From: Candidatus Spongiisociaceae bacterium
Lineage (GTDB): Bacteria; Actinomycetota; Acidimicrobiia; Spongiisociales; Spongiisociaceae
DNA length: 64,000 bases
NCBI GenBank assembly: GCA_965219685.1
Contig: CBDCOH010000002.1
Coordinates: forward strand, 3,840,001-3,904,000
Direction of reading: 5' to 3'
This document shows, one piece after another, positions 1-8,668 of this stretch (positions are counted from its first letter, which is position 1; each line of letters opens with the position of its first letter). The position numbers and the translations under genes are program-made. The notes below the pieces were generated by a model. That model did no database searches and was not told where the DNA came from. It saw only the letters and a list, made by a program, of their open reading frames with translations.

Positions 1-43
1 CGTCCCGCAGTGTGGAGTCGGTGAGGCGGAATGCGGCCGTCAT
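1..43 (-). CDS. mhpE: 4-hydroxy-2-oxovalerate aldolase, N-terminus (runs off window)
   Basis: Reverse strand from ATG at 43 reads [14 protein letters not shown], the DxTLRDG motif of DmpG/MhpE; ATGA overlap with the upstream mhpF stop. Confidence 0.85.
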   Translation of the reverse strand, partial: MTAAFRLTDSTLRD

Positions 44-936
44 CGGACGGCTGCCATTGCCTCGGCCACCCGGACGGCGGAGGCGGTCATGATGTCGAGG
101 TTGCCGGCGTACGGGGGCAGGTAGTCGGCGGCCCCCTCCACTTCCAGAAGCACCACCACCCGGGCTTTCACATCGCCGCCGGGAGTACGGAACAGGTCCT
201 CGTCGAACACGGGCTCCGCCTTGATCCGGTAACCGGGTACGTAGGTGGCCACTGTGCGGACCATCTCGTTGATCGAATCGGCGACCTCGTCCCGGTCGTA
301 GCCGTCGCCCAGGGCGCAGAAGACGGTGTTGCGCATCAGGATGGGAGGATCGGCAGGATTGAGGATCATGATCGCCTTGCCGTGGTCGGCCCCTCCCACC
401 TCCACCAGCGAGGCCGAGGTGGTCTTGGTGAACTCGTCGATGTTCTGGCGGGTTCCCGGACCTGCCGACACCGACGACACCGTCGACACGATCTCCGCGT
501 ACGGGACCGGGGCCACGGCCCCGACAGCCGCCACTATGGGGACGGTGGCCTGCCCGCCGCAGGTGATGAGGTTGAGGTTGGGTGCGTCGAGGTGGGCGTC
601 GAGGTTGACCGGGGGGACCACCAGGGGTCCGAGTTTGGCCGGGGTCAGGTCGATCGCCGTGATCCCCGCCTGCCGGTATCGAGGGGCGTTCATCCGGTGG
701 ACCCAGGCAGAGGTGGCCTCGAACACCAGGTCGAAGCTGTCGGCGTTCCCGATCACCCAGTCCGCGCCCTCCGCGGTCGCCTCGACTCCTTCCGCCCTTG
801 CCCTGGCCAGTCCTTCCGACTCCGGGTCGATACCCGCCATGGCTCCGACTTCCAGGACATCGGAGCGGAGGAGCTTGTGGAGCAGGTCGGTGCCGATGTT
901 CCCGCTGCCGACGATGGCGCAACGCATCTGGCTCAA
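40..936 (-). CDS. mhpF: Acetaldehyde dehydrogenase (acylating)
   Basis: [22 protein letters not shown] (catalytic Cys), [13 protein letters not shown] and YAGNLDIMT are DmpF/MhpF signatures. Confidence 0.95.
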   Translation of the reverse strand: MSQMRCAIVGSGNIGTDLLHKLLRSDVLEVGAMAGIDPESEGLARARAEGVEATAEGADWVIGNADSFDLVFEATSAWVHRMNAPRYRQAGITAIDLTPAKLGPLVVPPVNLDAHLDAPNLNLITCGGQATVPIVAAVGAVAPVPYAEIVSTVSSVSAGPGTRQNIDEFTKTTSASLVEVGGADHGKAIMILNPADPPILMRNTVFCALGDGYDRDEVADSINEMVRTVATYVPGYRIKAEPVFDEDLFRTPGGDVKARVVVLLEVEGAADYLPPYAGNLDIMTASAVRVAEAMAAVR

Positions 937-937
937 G

Positions 938-1705
938 TCATGCCATCCTCAGGGAGACCGGTCCGAGGCGGTCGAAATCGGCTCGCACCACGTCTCCGGC
1001 GTCCACGTCCACCGCGGCGTGCAACGCCCCGGTCATGACGAACATTCCGGGTTCCAGGATGACCCCGTGGGGGGCGAGCGTGTTGGCTAGCCACGCCAGG
1101 GCTGTGATGGGGTTCCCGAGCGCGGCCGCCCCGGCGCCGGTGGCAACGATCGCGCCGTTCAGCGAGAAGGTCATGCCCACCAGCCGCAGGTCGAAGTCGA
1201 CCGGCACGATACGGCTGCTCAGGACCACCCCGCCGATCGAGGCGAGGTCGCTGATGGTGTCGGCCAGCTTGATCCGCCAGTCGGCGATCCGCGAGTCGAC
1301 CACCTCGATGGCGGCCACCGCGCCTCCCACCGCCCGGGCGGCCTCGATGCCGGTGACGTTGGGCCCGGCAAGAGGCCGGTCCAGGACCAGCGCTATCTCG
1401 GCCTCGGCCCTCGGCCGGATCAAGGAGGCGGTGTCGAGATCCCCTTCGTGGACCATCGAGTGCAGCACCGGGCCGTAGTCGGGGTCGGAGATGCCCATCA
1501 TCTGCTGCATCGCCTTGGAGGTCAGGCCGAGCTTGTAGCCCGAGATCGAGTCCCCGTCGGTGAGGAGCATCGAGGCGAAGCAGGTCTGCACGGCGTACGC
1601 ATCATCGGCTGTCATACCGGGGTCGGTGTCCGTGAAAGGCTCGATGGGACTGCGGTCCCTGCGGGCCGCGTAGAGCGCCTCGGCCCGCTGCTGGGCGGTG
1701 GTCAT
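938..1705 (-). CDS. mhpD: 2-keto-4-pentenoate hydratase (FAH superfamily)
   Basis: [34 protein letters not shown] motifs; adjacent to mhpF. Confidence 0.9.
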   Translation of the reverse strand: MTTAQQRAEALYAARRDRSPIEPFTDTDPGMTADDAYAVQTCFASMLLTDGDSISGYKLGLTSKAMQQMMGISDPDYGPVLHSMVHEGDLDTASLIRPRAEAEIALVLDRPLAGPNVTGIEAARAVGGAVAAIEVVDSRIADWRIKLADTISDLASIGGVVLSSRIVPVDFDLRLVGMTFSLNGAIVATGAGAAALGNPITALAWLANTLAPHGVILEPGMFVMTGALHAAVDVDAGDVVRADFDRLGPVSLRMA

Positions 1706-1772
1706 TGGTTGCTGTCCTTGCCTGGCCTGACCCTTTTACCGTACCCAAGCGGCCGCGGATCTTGTGAACACC

Positions 1773-1789
1773 GTTCTTCTATGCGGTAC
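1773..1789. promoter_or_regulatory. Putative IclR operator (copy 3)
   Basis: GTTCTTCTATGCGGTAC is a close variant of the palindromes at 4187 and 4371; it lies about 70 bp upstream of mhpD. Confidence 0.55.
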
Positions 1790-1926
1790 GGGGTGGTGGC
1801 TGGGGGTGTTGAGCGGTCGGGGGTCCCCCGGGCCGACGGTAGGCGTAAGTACTACGCCGCCTCGTTGGTGGTCGGAACTCTTGTCGTCTCCGTCGGAAAC
1901 GCCTGAACCGCTTGTTACCGTTTCGG

Positions 1927-2545
1927 TTACCAACCTAGCGGTTTGGTGATGACTCCGATCCTCGTCCCTCAGCGTTTCGGGAAACTGGCTGTTGCGCAGG
2001 TGGCTCTTCCAGAGACGCTTGACGTAAGTGGCCGATTCTGCCAACTCCCTAGGGCTGGTGTTTCTCCGATCGGGGTTCACCAAGGTAACGCGCCTGTTGA
2101 GGCCATGCCTCACGTACCTCATTGCAGCTGCGGAGTCCGCGTCATTGGATACAACGACCGCATGCTCGTAATCACCATCGAAACCGTCGACCAGGAGGCG
2201 TGTCGCCAGGTTCACGTCGGATCCCTTCTCGTCCGACTCCCGTATCAGAACATAGTTAGGTAGCCCGGCAACAGGCTCGGCCAGCGGTCGACGCTTGAAA
2301 CCAGACCGGAAGGCCCCATAGTGGATCTCAACGCGCGGCAACGTCGCAAGTGCTCTCAGATACACGAGTTGTCGACGCGGTTGCGACGGGTTGCCCGGAC
2401 GCGCGCCAAGCCGGGCAGTGAAGTAGCAAACCCTATGAATGGTGTCTTCGGGGAAGAGCGTCTCGGCCAGCGTTGAGAGGTCCAGCCATCTGAAGGGCCC
2501 GTCCTTCAGCGCACGGTAGTAGAGGTTGTACCCGTCGATGTACAT
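1927..2545 (-). pseudogene. NYN/LabA-DUF88 (PIN-like) domain protein with a 1-nt frameshift near the C-terminus
   Basis: YIDGYNLY, EKGSDVNLA and VVSNDAD acidic motifs. Removing one base near 1960 restores ...RDEIGVITKPLGW-stop (TAA at 1929-1927); the uncorrected frame runs on to 1736. Could be a sequencing indel. Confidence 0.75.
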
Positions 2546-2577
2546 GTTGGTGATCAGGTTCCACCCCCTGCACGACA

Positions 2578-2626
2578 GAGACCGCCCCGGGGGGCGGTCT
2601 CGGCCCTACCGGCGAAGCGATAGGGG
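2578..2626 (-). ncRNA. Structured 5' leader (two hairpins) upstream of the NYN gene
   Basis: Perfect 11-bp stem GAGACCGCCCC-GG-GGGGCGGTCTC (2578-2601) followed by a CCCTA..TAGGG stem-loop, lying between the promoter and the start codon. Confidence 0.4.
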
Positions 2627-2636
2627 AAGTGCCTAC

Positions 2637-2666
2637 ATTATATAGCGGTCAGACTCGCTATATCAA
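2637..2666 (-). promoter_or_regulatory. Sigma70-type promoter with overlapping inverted repeat
   Basis: Minus strand TTGATA-18 nt-TATAAT; inverted repeat ATATAGCG-N8-CGCTATAT (2640-2663) spans the spacer. Confidence 0.6.
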
Positions 2667-2739
2667 GCTGTAAACCGTCCGAATCCAACCTTACCGACCG
2701 TCACCACCGAGTGGCCGACTGGTCTTGGACAATGACCGA

Positions 2740-3501
2740 CTACCGGCGATATCCCAGCTGATAAGACGCCACTGCAGCGGCTTCACGTACGGACTGGGAA
2801 AGGCCGAGCAGTTCGGATCCGAAGCGGGACTTCGGGCCTGCCATCGAGACAGCCGCGACGACTGCCCGGCTGCGGTCGCGGATCGGGGCCGACACCGAGA
2901 TGACTCCCAACTCCGACTCCTCGAGGTTGCAGGCGTAGCCGCGGCGGCGTATCCCCGCGAGTTGCCCGCGGAACGTCATGGTGTCGGTGATTGTATGGAC
3001 GGTCTTCGCCTCCATCCTCCATCCATCCAGTATCCGGTCGAGCGTGGCGTCGTCGAGGTGGGCCAGCAGGCACTTGCCGGTGCTGGTCGAGTTCGCCGGT
3101 TGGCGCCGCCCTACCTTGATGAACAGGCGCAGCATGTGAGGCGAGTCGAGACGCTCGATGTAGATCACCTCGCGGAGGTCGAGAACGCCGGCGTGCACGG
3201 TCCCTCCCGTCACGTCCTGTAGCCAGTTCATCGGGGGAGTCAGGGCGGCGTGCAGGTTGAGGCCGGTGACCGCCGTGTTGCCCAGGTCGTACATGGCCAG
3301 GCCGAGCCGGTAGCGACCAGTGTCGGGGTTCTTCACCAGCAGGTGCTCCTCGGTAAGGGTGGTGAGCAGGCGGTGCACCGTGGACTTGCCGAGATCCAGG
3401 CGCCGGGACAGTTCGGAGACACCCAGTTCGGGGCGTTCGGAGGAAAACTCCTTGAGCGCCCTGGCGGCGTTGCGGACCGAGGACAGGGTGCGGCCGCTCA
3501 A
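2740..3501 (-). CDS. IclR family transcriptional regulator
   Basis: HTH LGVSELSRRLDLGKSTVHRLL and effector domain STGKCLLA..GVISVSAPI; the likely TTG start at 3501 overlaps the upstream stop (TTGA). Confidence 0.92.
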   Translation of the reverse strand: MSGRTLSSVRNAARALKEFSSERPELGVSELSRRLDLGKSTVHRLLTTLTEEHLLVKNPDTGRYRLGLAMYDLGNTAVTGLNLHAALTPPMNWLQDVTGGTVHAGVLDLREVIYIERLDSPHMLRLFIKVGRRQPANSTSTGKCLLAHLDDATLDRILDGWRMEAKTVHTITDTMTFRGQLAGIRRRGYACNLEESELGVISVSAPIRDRSRAVVAAVSMAGPKSRFGSELLGLSQSVREAAAVASYQLGYRR

Positions 3502-4175
3502 CCGGGTCCTCTCAGCGCCGTCAGCACTGCCCTCCGCACCTTCTTGCGGTCGCCTGACGCCGCCGACTCCTTCACCGGTTCGCTCCACGGAACCAGAGCA
3601 CGGGCCAGCAGTCCGTGGGCGCGGGTCAATCCGGCCGCGTCGGCGGCAGCGAGTTCGTCGACCAGTCCCGGGTCGCCGGATGCATGGGAGCGGATGGACT
3701 CGTAGTCGCGGGCGGCGGCTAGATGGGCGTTGGCGAGACCTGTCCCCGCATGCGTCGCGTGATGAGCCGTGAGGTCCGAACCGGGCCGCATCACCAAGTG
3801 GTACTGGTACCCCCCGATCCCTACCACCCTTCTCACCGAACCGGGATCGGGCCGATCTCCGCTCTCGGCGGTGCCGAGTGCCGGCAGTACCACCGGGTCT
3901 AGGAACCGGAGAGTCCAGACCATGCCGTCCTGCTCGAAGTCGGCGCTGACTTCCGGACCCCGTGGCGCGGCGAGGCGTTCACCGGTGGCGATCACATGGA
4001 GGTTGCGCGCTCCAGCCGCCACCACCGTGAACGGGCTGGTCAGAAGCTCAAGGCTCCCCTGAATGGCGGGAGGGTAGGTGAAGGCGACCCGTGTGTAGGC
4101 GGAGTGGACGTTGGCCACGTAGTCGGCCATGGCGGCCCGGATGTCTTCCGGACGGGGTCTGGACATGTCGTCCAT
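3498..4175 (-). CDS. Hypothetical protein co-transcribed with IclR
   Basis: 225-aa ORF with coding-like composition, translationally coupled to IclR; no family recognised. Confidence 0.7.
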   Translation of the reverse strand: MDDMSRPRPEDIRAAMADYVANVHSAYTRVAFTYPPAIQGSLELLTSPFTVVAAGARNLHVIATGERLAAPRGPEVSADFEQDGMVWTLRFLDPVVLPALGTAESGDRPDPGSVRRVVGIGGYQYHLVMRPGSDLTAHHATHAGTGLANAHLAAARDYESIRSHASGDPGLVDELAAADAAGLTRAHGLLARALVPWSEPVKESAASGDRKKVRRAVLTALRGPG

Positions 4176-4186
4176 CCTAGCTCTTT

Positions 4187-4203
4187 GTTCCTCTATGCGG
4201 AAC
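4187..4203. promoter_or_regulatory. Putative IclR operator (copy 2)
   Basis: GTTCC-TCTATGC-GGAAC palindrome just upstream of the 4175 start. Confidence 0.6.
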
Positions 4204-4207
4204 GGGA

Positions 4208-4322
4208 TGGTGAGTGGTGAGTGGTGAGTGGTGAGTGGTGAATGGTGAATGGTGAATGGTGAATGGTGGAGGGTACTCGACTACCAGGCAAGGACCGGCC
4301 ACGATGAGCTAGCGAGGTGTGG
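4208..4322 (+). repeat. Heptamer tandem array plus conserved 56-bp tail (copy A)
   Basis: (TGGTGAG)4(TGGTGAA)4, then a tail at 4267-4322 that matches 45700-45755 at 51/56 nt. Confidence 0.9.
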
Positions 4323-4370
4323 GAGCCGTTCAAGGGCGGCGGTAGCAGGCGACCGGCTACCGGCCAAAGC

Positions 4371-4387
4371 GTTCCGCTATACGGAAC
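4371..4387. promoter_or_regulatory. Putative IclR operator (copy 1)
   Basis: Perfect palindrome GTTCCG-CTATA-CGGAAC about 60 bp upstream of the dioxygenase operon. Confidence 0.65.
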
Positions 4388-4449
4388 ATGGCTTCCTGGA
4401 TCGGAGCCGGGGGCGTAGGTTTCGGTTAGTAGCTACGGATTGCGTGCTG

Positions 4450-5358
4450 ATGGGCATTCTCCGGTTGAGCCATGTGGACATCACGGTTCCCGACCTCGAC
4501 CTCGCGTCGGCGTACTACACGGGCGTGATGGGGATGATCGAGGTGGAGCGGACCTCGGACCGCGCTTTCTTCAAGTGCTGGGACGAGGAGGACCATCACT
4601 CGCTCGCGGTCCGCTACGACCCCCGGGTGGGTATCGACCGCTTCTCGTTCAAGGTCGAGGACGACGAGGATCTGGCAGAACTGGAGGACCGCGTGGAGTC
4701 CTTCGGCTTCCGGGTCGAACGAATCTCGAAGGGGGAGGAGGTCGGCCAGGGCGAGTCGATCCGCTTCGCCACCCCGTCCGGTCACACGATGGAGTTGGTG
4801 CGGGAGGTGGAGCGGGTGGGTGGTTTGCTGCCCAAGCTCAACCCGTCCCCGGTGCCTCCCGACCTACCGGGCATTGCACCGCCCCGGATGGATCACCTGC
4901 TGGTCACCGCCGAGGAGGTGGGTGAGGCCACCAAGTTCTACAGAGAGATACTCGGCTTCCGGATCACCGAGCAGCTCCTCGACGGGGAGGGTCGCCAGAT
5001 AGGAACCTGGCTGGAGCGAAGCCACTCCCCGCATGACCTGGCGGTGGTGTCGGGGCCCAACGGCGGGCTCCACCATTTCGCCTTCTGGCTGGACGACTGG
5101 GATCACGTGCGCCGCTCGGCCGACATCCTCGCCTACCACGCCATCCAGATCGACGTGGGGCCCACCCGGCACGGGATCACCCGGGGCAGCACCATCTACT
5201 TCTTCGATCCGATGGGGACCCGCAACGAGGTATTCACGGGCGGCTACCGGCCCGACCCGGACTTCCCCACCATCACCTGGACCGAGGACAACATCGGAAA
5301 GGCCATCTTCTACTACGAAGGCGAACTCAACGAACGCTTCATGAAAGTCCACACCTGA
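4450..5358 (+). CDS. xylE: Catechol 2,3-dioxygenase (extradiol), copy 1
   Basis: MGILRLSHV start; DHLL, HHFAF, GPTRHGIT, YFFDP..RNEVF iron-ligand motifs. Confidence 0.93.
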   Translation: MGILRLSHVDITVPDLDLASAYYTGVMGMIEVERTSDRAFFKCWDEEDHHSLAVRYDPRVGIDRFSFKVEDDEDLAELEDRVESFGFRVERISKGEEVGQGESIRFATPSGHTMELVREVERVGGLLPKLNPSPVPPDLPGIAPPRMDHLLVTAEEVGEATKFYREILGFRITEQLLDGEGRQIGTWLERSHSPHDLAVVSGPNGGLHHFAFWLDDWDHVRRSADILAYHAIQIDVGPTRHGITRGSTIYFFDPMGTRNEVFTGGYRPDPDFPTITWTEDNIGKAIFYYEGELNERFMKVHT

Positions 5359-5401
5359 TGTCCGCCGTCTGCCCGGCGGCCGTTCCGTGGGAGGGCTGCT
5401 A

Positions 5402-6313
5402 ATGGGCATCCTGCGGCTTTCCCATGTGGTGGTCCGGGTCCCCGACATAGAGCTCGCAACGGCTTACTACTCCGAGGTAATGGGCCTGATCGAGACCGCT
5501 CGAGAGTCCGAGCGGGTGTATATGAAGTGCTGGGACGAGCACCAGCACCACAGTGTGATCCTGGAATACGCGCCGACCTACGGCCTGGAGCGATTCGGCT
5601 TCAAGGTCGAGCACGAGTCCGACCTGGCCGAACTGGCGGCCAGGGTGGAAGAAACGGGGATCCCCACCAAGCGGTTCGAGCCCGGCGAGCTCGGTGTCGG
5701 GTCTGGCGCCACCGTGCAGTTCGTGGCGCCTTCCGGACACACCACCGAACTTGTCTGGGGCATGGCGCAGGTCGGGAACCTCCTCCCCCTGACCAACCCG
5801 CCGCCCGAACCGCAAGGTTTGGTAGGGATCCATCCTCCCCGTATCGATCACATCTTCCTCATGTGCGAGGACGTGGACGAGACCACCGCCTTCTACACCG
5901 ACGTGCTCGACTTCCGCCTCACCGAGCAGATCCTGGCGGACGACGGCCACCAGCTGGTGACCTTCCTCGAGCGCACCCACACCCCTCACGACATCGCCTT
6001 CATCACCGGTCCTAACGGGGCCTTCCATCACGTGGCCTTCTGGCTCGACGACTGGAACGAAGTCCGCAAAGCGGCCGACATCTGCGCCTACCACGGCATT
6101 CCCATCGACGCAGGCCCCACCCGCCACGGCGCCACCCGCGGGCACGGCCTGTACTTCTTCGACCCGGCCGGCAACCGCAACGAGGTCTACACCGGTGGCT
6201 ACTGGGCCGACCCGGACCGCGAGCCGGTGACCTGGACCGAGGCCGAGATCGGGCGGGCCGTTTTCTACTACGAAGGGGTGGTCGACCAGCGCTTCATGAC
6301 GGTGCACTCGTGA
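5402..6313 (+). CDS. xylE: Catechol 2,3-dioxygenase (extradiol), copy 2
   Basis: Same architecture: DHIFL, HHVAF, GPTRHGAT, YFFDPAGNRNEVY; GGAGG RBS upstream. Confidence 0.93.
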   Translation: MGILRLSHVVVRVPDIELATAYYSEVMGLIETARESERVYMKCWDEHQHHSVILEYAPTYGLERFGFKVEHESDLAELAARVEETGIPTKRFEPGELGVGSGATVQFVAPSGHTTELVWGMAQVGNLLPLTNPPPEPQGLVGIHPPRIDHIFLMCEDVDETTAFYTDVLDFRLTEQILADDGHQLVTFLERTHTPHDIAFITGPNGAFHHVAFWLDDWNEVRKAADICAYHGIPIDAGPTRHGATRGHGLYFFDPAGNRNEVYTGGYWADPDREPVTWTEAEIGRAVFYYEGVVDQRFMTVHS

Positions 6314-7410
6314 GCGACCGGCGTCCCGACCTGCCCCGCACCGAACGCGACGAGGCGCCCATGTATCTGGCTCGCTATCTCGAGCGGGCCTCCCGGACCC
6401 CCGATCCCGACGAGGATCCCGACGACACCACCCCCCTCTACCTGCGCCGCTTCCGGAACCGTCGCTCGACCGAGACCATCACCGCGCCGCTTCCACCCCT
6501 CTGGGAGCGGTCGGACCACGGCATGCAGATGGTGCTCAGTGAGGACAACCGCAACAAGGAGATCGGCGCCCCGCCCGAGGCCACCCGCCCCGTTGTCAAC
6601 GACGTCTACCTGGTGCGGCACGCCGAGACCCAGGGTTACTCGACGGAGGCCGGTATCACCCCGCTGGGCGTCTGGCAGGCGCGCTCGGTAGGCCACACGC
6701 TCGCCCGTCGGGTCGGCGCCGGGGAGAAGATCGTGCTGGCCCATGCGGCTACCAACCGGGCCGGCCAGACGATAGAACAGATCCATCGATCGGTCCTCGA
6801 CGGGCTGGAGCTGTTCGAGAAGGACGTCAAGGTCATCGACCCGAGGGCGTACGACGAGTTCCGCAACTTCATGGTGGCGACCCCGGACGGCATCATGGAT
6901 GTGACCTCCGCGTTCCGCCTCTACTACTCGGTGCTCGAGCGCTTCGAGCGGATCGCCCTGGGCGACCGTCCCGCCTGGCTGGTGGAGATCGACCGGTTCT
7001 GGCGCACGCAGCAGGGCGGGGGGGATCCGATCCAGCACTGGCTCACCATTCCGATGCTGCACTTCGAGCCGCCCGCTCTGTGCGTTCGGCGCTTTTGGAC
7101 GGGGATCAGAACCCTGGCCGCCGCCGACCCCGGGGCCCGCATCGTCATAGCCACGCACTCGGGACCCATCCGCGCCTTCGCCATCTGGGCCTTCGGGTAC
7201 GACCCGGGCGAGCCCTACAACACCGAGCACGTACGGGTGAAACTGATGGAGGGGGGTCGCGAGGCCCTCGTCGTCTACCGCAACCGGGTCCAGGAGGTCC
7301 TGGTCCCCGAGATCGGTGATCTGCCCACCTGGTCCCTCGACGAGCAATGGACACCTCCGCCCCCGGCACCGGACGACCGGCGACCGGCAACCGACCACCG
7401 CCATGTGTGA
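6310..7410 (+). CDS. Histidine phosphatase superfamily protein with N-terminal extension
   Basis: YLVRHAET (RHG-type motif) and IATHSGPIR (second His); GTGA overlap with dioxygenase 2. Confidence 0.8.
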   Translation: MSDRRPDLPRTERDEAPMYLARYLERASRTPDPDEDPDDTTPLYLRRFRNRRSTETITAPLPPLWERSDHGMQMVLSEDNRNKEIGAPPEATRPVVNDVYLVRHAETQGYSTEAGITPLGVWQARSVGHTLARRVGAGEKIVLAHAATNRAGQTIEQIHRSVLDGLELFEKDVKVIDPRAYDEFRNFMVATPDGIMDVTSAFRLYYSVLERFERIALGDRPAWLVEIDRFWRTQQGGGDPIQHWLTIPMLHFEPPALCVRRFWTGIRTLAAADPGARIVIATHSGPIRAFAIWAFGYDPGEPYNTEHVRVKLMEGGREALVVYRNRVQEVLVPEIGDLPTWSLDEQWTPPPPAPDDRRPATDHRHV

Positions 7411-7480
7411 TGCGTGTCCCACTGTTGCCCCCGATGCCAACCTTCCCCACCCGGACTCCATGCCCGAGGAGGTGCCTTTC

Positions 7481-8587
7481 ATGAGCAATCGGTTCATCGT
7501 CTGGTTCAACGACTACCGGCCCGATGACAGGCCCAGGATCGGAGGAAAGAACGCCGGCCTGGGTGAGATGATCAACGCCGACCTGCCGGTCCCTCCGGGG
7601 TTCGCAGTCACCACCGACGGGTTCGAGACCATCAGGAACCATCCGCGGGCTGTGGATGAGGTCCGGGCTCTCCTAGCGACGGTCGACTTCGCGGATCCGC
7701 CCGGAATCCGGGCACTGTCCGGGAGGATCCGGTCGGTGATCGAGGCCCTGCCCATGGCGGCCGAGGTGGAGCAATCGATCCGTGCGGCCTACACGCAACT
7801 GAGCGGTCGCTGCAACCAGGACGACGTACCCGTGGCAGTCCGGTCCAGCGCCACCGCCGAGGATCTGCCGGACGCCAGCTTTGCCGGGCAGCAGGACACC
7901 TTCCTGTGGATAAGGGGCGCCGAAAGCCTCATCGAGCACGTCAAGCGGTGCTGGTCCTCTCTCTTCACCGACCGGGCCATGTCGTACCGCCACGAGATGG
8001 GACACGACCACGAGGTGGTGTCGATGTCGGTGGCGGTGCAACAGATGGTGGATCCCAAGTCGGCGGGAGTGGCCTTCACGCTCGATCCGGCCACGGGTGA
8101 CCGATCCCAGGTCGCCATCGAGTCGTCCTGGGGGTTGGGCGAAGCGGTCGTGTCGGGGGAGGTCACACCCGACAACTTCCTGGTTGACAAGGTGATCCTC
8201 GAGATCCACTCGCGCACTATCTCACCCAAGCACACCGAATTGGTGATGCGTGCGGACGGTAACGGCGTGGAGTGGCGTGACGTGGCTACGTCGCGCCAGC
8301 AGAGCCCGTCGGTCAGCGACGCCGAACTGCTCGAGATCACCCGGATGGCCAAGACCGCCGAGCGTTACTTCGGCGCTCCCCAGGACATCGAGTGGGCCGT
8401 GGACCGCCACCTGCCGGAGGGCGGCAACGTCGTGATGCTCCAGAGCAGGCCCGAGACGGTGTGGAGCCGCAAGGCTCCCCGCCAGGTGTCCGAGCCCACT
8501 TCCGGGTTCATGGACAGCATCGTGTCGACCCTGCTCTCCCCGGTACACACGCGGGGTTCCGTGTCCGCCGACGACGGGGAGGCATGA
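7481..8587 (+). CDS. Phenylphosphate synthase beta-like subunit (PEP-synthase ATP-binding domain)
   Basis: IGGKNAGLGEM, VAVRSSATAEDLPDASFAGQQDT, DIEWA, LQSRPETVWS; no phospho-His or pyruvate domain; GGAGG RBS. Confidence 0.88.
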   Translation: MSNRFIVWFNDYRPDDRPRIGGKNAGLGEMINADLPVPPGFAVTTDGFETIRNHPRAVDEVRALLATVDFADPPGIRALSGRIRSVIEALPMAAEVEQSIRAAYTQLSGRCNQDDVPVAVRSSATAEDLPDASFAGQQDTFLWIRGAESLIEHVKRCWSSLFTDRAMSYRHEMGHDHEVVSMSVAVQQMVDPKSAGVAFTLDPATGDRSQVAIESSWGLGEAVVSGEVTPDNFLVDKVILEIHSRTISPKHTELVMRADGNGVEWRDVATSRQQSPSVSDAELLEITRMAKTAERYFGAPQDIEWAVDRHLPEGGNVVMLQSRPETVWSRKAPRQVSEPTSGFMDSIVSTLLSPVHTRGSVSADDGEA

Positions 8588-8668
8588 CAGGACCGGAACA
8601 GGGCGGAGTCGGAGACAGTCAGCATCCAGAAACAGGCAAGCAGCCAGATCGAAAAAGGAGACCCACAA

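Noticed and set aside
4208-4270. Heptamer arrays as CRISPR
   Set aside because: 7-bp units with no spacers, and no cas genes in the window.
4249-4449. Long N-terminal extension of C23O copy 1 in the ORF track
   Set aside because: It starts inside the repeat and crosses the operator; the paralog shows the real start is MGILRLSH at 4450.
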